IMG/VR virus record: IMGVR_UViG_3300049491_000829
Span: 126 to 64,125 of that record
Strand: one strand, 5' to 3'
Length of the DNA: 64,000 nt
Source of the DNA: a virus
Lineage: Duplodnaviria > Caudoviricetes
Below are positions 58,627-64,000 of the stretch, piece after piece. The notes under the pieces are model-generated. The model had not been told where the DNA came from. It ran no database searches and saw nothing but the letters and a program-made list of their open reading frames with translations. Positions within the stretch are counted from its first letter, which is position 1. Every line of letters starts with the position of its first letter. Made by a program: the position numbers and the translations under genes.

Positions 58627-59172
58627 TTAAGGTACTTTTGTTACTAATAAAGCGTCTAACTCGCTTAACGTTGTAGACGTGAATATCTCTACACTGTCAA
58701 CTTTGTCGTCTTCATCTCCTAACTCAATATCAACTCTTAATAATTTTGTTGACTGAAATCTTAGCTCGCATTCCCAAGTCCCATCATCGGGCTTCATCAA
58801 GTCGTAGCCATCGAACCAAAGCGATCGCCTTGAATCCGTTTTGTCAGCAAAAGGAATGAACCCAATTAAATAACCAAGGATTTGGTCAATTACCCAGTAA
58901 AGCGCGTCAATTTCTTCCCCTTCTGGAAATAAGTTTTGCACTGAGATTTTGACATAAGTTAAATAATTTACTTCTTGAATTCCATTTTGTTCGTCAGGTT
59001 GTTGTCCTTTGCATTGAGGTGTAACAACGCTGATGTAATAAGGCTGCGATCGCGCATTTCTTCTTGCTTCCTTTGGCAAAATATTGCTTTTTATTCCATA
59101 GGAGATAAGCGCATCGCTAACAGGTTTAATGCGCTCAAGAATGCTTGCATCTATCAGTCTCAGTTCTAGCAT
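58627..59172 (-). CDS. Tail terminator (Mu gp37-like)
   Basis: Position; LY.VID.I...L.GF.P motif. Confidence 0.6.
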   Translation of the reverse strand: MLELRLIDASILERIKPVSDALISYGIKSNILPKEARRNARSQPYYISVVTPQCKGQQPDEQNGIQEVNYLTYVKISVQNLFPEGEEIDALYWVIDQILGYLIGFIPFADKTDSRRSLWFDGYDLMKPDDGTWECELRFQSTKLLRVDIELGDEDDKVDSVEIFTSTTLSELDALLVTKVP

Positions 59173-59597
59173 CAGCGCTTTTTAGTAAGGATGAATTGGG
59201 CGTATCGCTCAAAGATTTTAACAATCTCGCGCAAGTCTTTCTTGGAAAATCCTAAGAATTTTCTTTGGGGAATAAACTTAGTTCCAAATTGATGAAAGCT
59301 TGACTTTTCATCATCGCTGACAATTTCCAATTCATTGCCAACTATGCGGACACGAATTTTATTCATCATGTCCTTAGACTCTTGCAACTTCTTAGGGTTT
59401 GTTTTTTTAGCCCATGTTGCAGGCTTTAAATCAACCCAGGGAACACCCGACGGGCTAACCTCGCGTTCAAGTCTGTCTAAAGTTGCACTCAATTGATAAT
59501 CGCGAGCATTTTTAATTGGTGTTTGTAAATTACCGCGTCTAGCAATTTTTAAAGCTCGCTCTAAATCTGTTGCGATAACTTTAACTTGAACGTCCAT
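59172..59597 (-). CDS. Virion morphogenesis protein (P2 gpS/Mu gpG-like)
   Basis: SPSG.PW..LKP.T, HQFGT..IP.RKFLG. Confidence 0.88.
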   Translation of the reverse strand: MDVQVKVIATDLERALKIARRGNLQTPIKNARDYQLSATLDRLEREVSPSGVPWVDLKPATWAKKTNPKKLQESKDMMNKIRVRIVGNELEIVSDDEKSSFHQFGTKFIPQRKFLGFSKKDLREIVKIFERYAQFILTKKR

Positions 59598-59931
59598 AAG
59601 TCACCTTTTCTATTATGCTGATACGGATATTTGCACCAAAGATTTTGGATGCGATCGCGATGCTATCTCTTGAGATTTCGTCTAGTCGAATCCTGTAAAC
59701 TTGCCCGTTTACAGTACCTTCACCAGTTAATCCAGAGTACAAATCCTCCAAACATCCTGCGGAGATTGCAGTTACAAACCCCTCATAAGCTTGCTGATAA
59801 GTTGCGCGATCGTAATCTGTTTCTGCGGATTTTACAGAAACAGGGTCTAGAACTGCTGTTAATTCTGTTTCGCGATCGCTTTCTAACTTAAATCTCAAAT
59901 GAGATTTACTAATCAGACTTCCTTTAAACAT
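59581..59931 (-). CDS. Head closure protein candidate
   Basis: Size and position. Confidence 0.5.
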   Translation of the reverse strand: MFKGSLISKSHLRFKLESDRETELTAVLDPVSVKSAETDYDRATYQQAYEGFVTAISAGCLEDLYSGLTGEGTVNGQVYRIRLDEISRDSIAIASKIFGANIRISIIEKVTYGRSS

Positions 59932-59963
59932 AGTTTGGGGACTTAGAGAAACTTTTCCCTAAG

Positions 59964-60359
59964 TCAAGGTGGTGAAACATTTTTGATTAAAGTCATAGAC
60001 CCCATTACGTATTTAGTTGTTTTGGGTGTGTATGATTCCTGACCAAGTGGGGCAATTAAATTAAACGCTAAGTCCTGCGATCGCTGCATCTCTTGAAGCA
60101 TTGCGATCGCAGGAGAAAAATCATTTAACTCAGTTTTGTGATGCTTTTTGATGCGGAAGCTATCAGGATTTTGCTGAATATATCGCATTGCAGCAATGTA
60201 AACACGATAAACTTTTATTCCCGATTTGAAACTTCCCGCAGTTGCTTCTAGAAGCTCGTTGATAAAGTCAAGATGTGCAGGATTAAAAACTTCCTGTACA
60301 CAAGGAATCTGCTCAAACTTCCGCAAAGCATCATCAATGTCCAAAGGAAGCTCAATCAT
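59964..60359 (-). CDS. Head-tail adaptor candidate
   Basis: Helical 131 aa downstream of the capsid gene. Confidence 0.5.
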   Translation of the reverse strand: MIELPLDIDDALRKFEQIPCVQEVFNPAHLDFINELLEATAGSFKSGIKVYRVYIAAMRYIQQNPDSFRIKKHHKTELNDFSPAIAMLQEMQRSQDLAFNLIAPLGQESYTPKTTKYVMGSMTLIKNVSPP

Positions 60360-60673
60360 TTACGTTTGCGCGTTGGCGTAGGTGCTTCGTCTTCTTCAAT
60401 CTCAATTAAATCGTCGTCCTCAGTAGAAGGATTTAATTCAGTAGAAGGATTTAATTCAGTAGAAGGATTTAAATTAGCTCCCTCAACAGTAAGCGCGTTT
60501 TGAGCTTGTTCTACTTGCTCTTGAAATTCGTCAGACTGCGATCGCGCTTGTTCCGCAGCTTCCAAGAGTTCCGCAAGCTCTCTAGGGATTAATGCAAATC
60601 CTTGAGAATCAGGATTATAGATTGTCCCGTTGTACATTTGAGATTCGTTAATTTTGTACTTTACATTAGCCAT
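60356..60673 (-). CDS. Hypothetical protein with 3 x NPSTE repeat
   Basis: Likely start MANVKYK; 18-bp tandem repeat about 60420-60472. Confidence 0.6.
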   Translation of the reverse strand: MANVKYKINESQMYNGTIYNPDSQGFALIPRELAELLEAAEQARSQSDEFQEQVEQAQNALTVEGANLNPSTELNPSTELNPSTEDDDLIEIEEDEAPTPTRKRK

Positions 60674-60686
60674 TGATTTACCTTGT

Positions 60687-61880
60687 TTACGCTGGTCTAT
60701 AAACTTTAAGAACAAAGAATGCATCAGGAGCAGTTAAAACAGGCAAACACATCTCGAACGCTTCTGCATACAAACTTTCAGGATAGCGATCGGCTGCAAC
60801 TACAGCATTCATAAATCGACCGATGCGAGTTTGACCAAGCACTCGTCCAACTCCCATGTAACCAAGGGTATTTGCAAGATTGACTTTTCCTAAAGAAAGA
60901 GGGATATCAATCTGTAAACTTTGTTTGGTCTTGCAAGTAATAATAACAGGGTCATAACCAGGTCTATCTAAATAGCCAGTTCGCTGAATATTTCTACTTG
61001 CATCGCGATAGTTGTAACCCTTGTTGTATTGCTTCCAACCCGGCAGCCCTTGACGTGCTAGCAATCCTTGGATAGCAGTTTCGTCAACGTTGGAAGACAA
61101 AGAAGAAATCTGACTATTTTGCAGAATTACTGCATTATTGAATCGCGTTTTGATTGATGCATTATCCATAAATGCAGCAAACGCAATGTAATTTGAATAA
61201 ATGCCCTGTAAGTCGTATCCTTTATCTGCTGCAAGCTTTTTAACAGTTCTAAAATCTGTGATTGGATCGTAACTGCCGTCTTGCTTGTACCATCCAGCAG
61301 GAGATGCGATCGTACCTCCTGAAATATTTAAGCGCTGTCCAGCATTTGCGTAAACAACAGTTTCAGCGTAGCCGTTTACACCTTTTCTTTGTACTTGCCC
61401 ATCAATTAGAGATTGAGCGCGATACAGTTCCTTTAAGTCATCCAAAGGGCTAAGAATGCGTTGGTCAATCCAACGTATAACTTCAGCAGCAGCGCGGATA
61501 TCGCGCAAATTGCTTCCATCTGTGGACAATTGCAAAATGTCCATAATATTTTCATACGTAGCCGCGTCGATTTCGTCAGCTTGGTTAATTACGCCAAAGT
61601 TGACATCAAAGAACCCCATGATTTGTCCACCAGGGTTGATAATAGCGGGTGAGTAATTTGTGCCCGCGTTACCAATTACCCGACGATAGGTAATTTGTCC
61701 CTCAGTGTACATATTCTTGGGCTTCTGCTGGTCAGGTATTAACTCCGCAAGCATGTAAGGAGAATCATCGGGTCCGAATTGACTCATGGGATTTAGAACC
61801 ATTTTGTCAATGTCGGAATAACCGTCTTTGCCAGGAGTTTTCAGGGATTTTACGACATCCCCTAATGTTGCCATTGCCAT
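60687..61880 (-). CDS. Major capsid protein
   Basis: 397 aa after scaffold and decoration genes; ELYRAQSLIDG, YDPITDF, LPVLTAPDA.F.LKV capsid-E-like features. Confidence 0.8.
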   Translation of the reverse strand: MAMATLGDVVKSLKTPGKDGYSDIDKMVLNPMSQFGPDDSPYMLAELIPDQQKPKNMYTEGQITYRRVIGNAGTNYSPAIINPGGQIMGFFDVNFGVINQADEIDAATYENIMDILQLSTDGSNLRDIRAAAEVIRWIDQRILSPLDDLKELYRAQSLIDGQVQRKGVNGYAETVVYANAGQRLNISGGTIASPAGWYKQDGSYDPITDFRTVKKLAADKGYDLQGIYSNYIAFAAFMDNASIKTRFNNAVILQNSQISSLSSNVDETAIQGLLARQGLPGWKQYNKGYNYRDASRNIQRTGYLDRPGYDPVIITCKTKQSLQIDIPLSLGKVNLANTLGYMGVGRVLGQTRIGRFMNAVVAADRYPESLYAEAFEMCLPVLTAPDAFFVLKVYRPA

Positions 61881-61916
61881 AAAATTATTTACCTATTAAG
61901 GATGCAAACTAATTTA

Positions 61917-62537
61917 TTAGTCGATGAATTGATACCAGTTTTCGAGTTTGGCTTTAGTTGCAGCGTTCAAAGCTGCATAGTTTCGCAAACCAGCCCGAAA
62001 GACCATTGCACCATGTCTTAAGAGGGTAATTTCTGGAATTGTGCCAACATCAAAGTTATCAAAAGCATTGATGTAATAATCATCCATTGCATCGTTAGCA
62101 AGTTTAAATGGTAAATTTGCTACTCTGTCAGCACCCGTCCTGCCTATTAAAGTGCCACTGTACAAAGATTTATATCCGACTCCTGCATACGTAGCTACGT
62201 CATTTGCAGCCAACGCAGCCGCGATCGCGCTTACAGTCAAAGCTGTATCGCCTTCTTTTGCTTCTGCTGTAAGGGTTGCAAATTTAGCACCTCCGAAAGT
62301 AAGAATTGTCCCAGAGGGGATTTTGTCACCTTTTGCGATCGCACTCAGCAAAGGAATTGAAGTTGCTGCAACTGCTGCGCCTGCTGCGCCAACTGTAATT
62401 TTTACACCATCGACAGCTATTAACGTGCTTGCATCAAAGTTAACACCACCTGGAATAGTGTTTCTGTAATCAATTGGCTCTGCTGCCCAGTTAGCATCAT
62501 TAACTGTTGTAATCGGGCTATATCGTTGTCTTGCCAT
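61917..62537 (-). CDS. Head decoration protein
   Basis: IPSGT, YSGTLIGR, LLRHG.V; directly upstream of the capsid gene. Confidence 0.65.
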   Translation of the reverse strand: MARQRYSPITTVNDANWAAEPIDYRNTIPGGVNFDASTLIAVDGVKITVGAAGAAVAATSIPLLSAIAKGDKIPSGTILTFGGAKFATLTAEAKEGDTALTVSAIAAALAANDVATYAGVGYKSLYSGTLIGRTGADRVANLPFKLANDAMDDYYINAFDNFDVGTIPEITLLRHGAMVFRAGLRNYAALNAATKAKLENWYQFID

Positions 62538-62608
62538 TTAAAAACCCTCGCGGTTGACTGTTAAATCTCACCACCAGGGTTATCGATTATTTGTTTTTAG
62601 CTCACCAT

Positions 62609-63289
62609 CTAGGTTGTTGCTTTGTTGAACCTTCCATAGTTTGCAGCAATGTAACTGCTAGCTTGCGAAGTCGGAGAAGTCGGAGAATTACTACTGCTCC
62701 CAGTTGGTAAAGGCGATCGCGTTTCCTGTTGTTGAGTACCTGACTCTGAGGGAAATAACGCTCGTCGTTTCCAGCCCTCTATCCGTTCCAAAAACTCGCT
62801 AAAGGCAACTTCTTTGTTGTCTTTGTCCTTAATCGTAACATTATCATCTTTAATAATTACGTTCTCTACTGCAATATCACTAAAAATACTTGCGAACGCT
62901 TCATAGTCAGCACCCGTTTTTGCTGCAACATCTCGGAAATGGCGATCGCGTTCATACTTCACAGACAATGCTTTCAAATCGTCCAATTCCTTAATTGTCG
63001 CGTCACTATTTGTTTTTAATTCGTCTCGCTCCTTTGTTAATGCTTCGACTTGCGATCGCAGTTCTTTCAACAACTTATCAACGTCTTCGTCACTTCCCGC
63101 AGCATCCTTAAACCTTTGCAAAGTTGCTTCAGCTTCTCGCAACTTCCTTCTATACTCCTTCTCTCCATTTCCAATACTTGCAGAGTGAGCCTGGACAGCT
63201 TCAAAAGCGTCTGTCCCATTTTCTTGCTTTTTTATCCATTCCAACGCTTCTGCGTAACTCATTGGCATATAATTTTCTCCTAGTTTCAC
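62609..63289 (-). CDS. Capsid scaffolding protein
   Basis: Coiled coil with low-complexity C-terminus; upstream of head genes. Confidence 0.65.
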   Translation of the reverse strand: MKLGENYMPMSYAEALEWIKKQENGTDAFEAVQAHSASIGNGEKEYRRKLREAEATLQRFKDAAGSDEDVDKLLKELRSQVEALTKERDELKTNSDATIKELDDLKALSVKYERDRHFRDVAAKTGADYEAFASIFSDIAVENVIIKDDNVTIKDKDNKEVAFSEFLERIEGWKRRALFPSESGTQQQETRSPLPTGSSSNSPTSPTSQASSYIAANYGRFNKATT

Positions 63290-63351
63290 TTAGAGAAACT
63301 TTTCCCTAAGTGGCATGATTTAAATAACACGTTTCTCCAAGCTCTTTAATT

Positions 63352-63729
63352 ATGCACGATTCAATATTTTTAAACACCCAGCAAGCTACTAATTACGAGT
63401 TAATCAAAGAAGACGGACTAATCGTTGGCAGCGCGATCGCGATTGAATTTGTAATTCATCCAGAAGAATTTGACTACTTTGTCGTTATCCAAAATCTTCA
63501 CATCAATCCGCAGTTTACAAGACAAGGGTATGCAAGCGCACTTGTCAAGAAAATAATTCGAGACAATCAATCAGCAATAATTTGTCTCGAATGCAAAGCT
63601 GATAAGCAGTGCAAAAATCATCTTGACGACGAGCAATTATATCAATGGTATTTGCGATCGGGGTTCGTAAATAGCAGTCCATTCCATGAAGGCGATCGCT
63701 GGATGCATCGTCCTGCTAAATCGTTTTAA
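63352..63729 (+). CDS. GNAT acetyltransferase
   Basis: LHINPQFTRQGYASAL, WYLRSGF. Confidence 0.82.
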   Translation: MHDSIFLNTQQATNYELIKEDGLIVGSAIAIEFVIHPEEFDYFVVIQNLHINPQFTRQGYASALVKKIIRDNQSAIICLECKADKQCKNHLDDEQLYQWYLRSGFVNSSPFHEGDRWMHRPAKSF

Positions 63730-63768
63730 GTTTTGCAAAGTCCTTGCAATGCAAACTTTTAAGGACTC

Positions 63769-63935
63769 AGTTTGGTCACGTTCTGCAAACTGAGTTTGGT
63801 CACGTTCTGCAAACTCAGTTTGGTCACGTTCTGCAAACTCAGTTTGGTCACGTTCTGCAAACTCAGTTTGGTCACGTTCTGCAAACTCAGTTTGGTCACG
63901 TTCTGCAAACTCAGTTTGGTCACGTTCTGCAAACT
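63769..63935. repeat. Iteron array 2: 7 x 24 bp, same unit as array 1, non-coding
   Basis: Units at 63769, 63793, 63817, 63841, 63865, 63889, 63913; AT-rich tract follows. Confidence 0.92.
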
Positions 63936-64000
63936 GACTATATATAAGAGTTTTAAAAGAAATAAATACAAACTAAAGAAATATATAACCCCCCATTTGC

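Larger units (their letters stand above)
573..63311. repeat. Dispersed 24-bp palindrome ACTTAGRGAAA-(AG/CT/CG)-TTTCYCTAAGT, about 27 copies
   Basis: Copies start at 573, 911, 5291, 7448, 10937, 13223, 16473, 18554 (partial), 20678, 21971, 23742 (degenerate), 26805, 29482, 30477, 33035, 35066, 36919, 41471, 43670, 44645, 46653, 48871, 53079, 55541, 57384, 59941, 63288. Confidence 0.97.
84..63699. repeat. HIP1 octamer GCGATCGC, highly iterated across the window
   Basis: About 20 copies counted by eye in the first 5 kb and similar density elsewhere; gives many AIA/RSL/DR peptides in ORFs. Confidence 0.95.

Noticed and set aside
1053-63309. Many short antisense or nested ORFs in the six-frame track
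   Set aside because: They are shadows of longer, motif-supported genes.
573-63311. 24-bp palindrome as dif/Xer sites, IS ends or plain terminators
   Set aside because: The centre is 2 bp rather than 6-8 bp, there is no recombinase or transposase, there are no target duplications or consistent U-tracts, and separate conventional terminators exist.
63744-63971. ORFs 63744..63947 (+) and 63759..63971 (-)
   Set aside because: They are translations of the 24-bp iteron array, open only because the unit is a multiple of 3 without stops.
1-64000. tRNA and rRNA genes
   Set aside because: None recognised by eye; tRNAscan-SE or Infernal would be needed to exclude them.

Overview
The window is most or all of a temperate myovirus-like cyanophage, probably a phage-plasmid. 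HIP1 (GCGATCGC) is very dense, pointing to a cyanobacterial host. Recognisable virion genes are terminase, portal, capsid, sheath, tube, tape measure, baseplate and fibres, split into two blocks. It also has a lambda-O-like initiator with internal iterons, a ParM/ParR/parC-like partition locus, ThyX, AlkB, ASCH and GNAT genes, three DNA methyltransferase-family genes, and no integrase that I could recognise. Main observations: (1) a CmoA-like carboxy-SAM synthase is two genes from a C5-cytosine MTase whose motif X Asn is replaced by Arg (GRAVPP), predicting DNA 5-carboxymethylcytosine. (2) A 24-bp palindrome, ACTTAGRGAAA-NN-TTTCYCTAAGT, occurs about 27 times, roughly every 2.4 kb. (3) An RHH repressor, membrane proteins, a P-loop ATPase and a CGTCCCA repeat locus resemble Streptomyces kor/spd/traB/clt. 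(4) Two near-identical 24-bp iteron arrays lie about 31.5 kb apart. (5) A nine-site TATGTC-N6-GACATA operator/promoter regulon is present. All product calls come from motif recognition by eye; no database searches were run.
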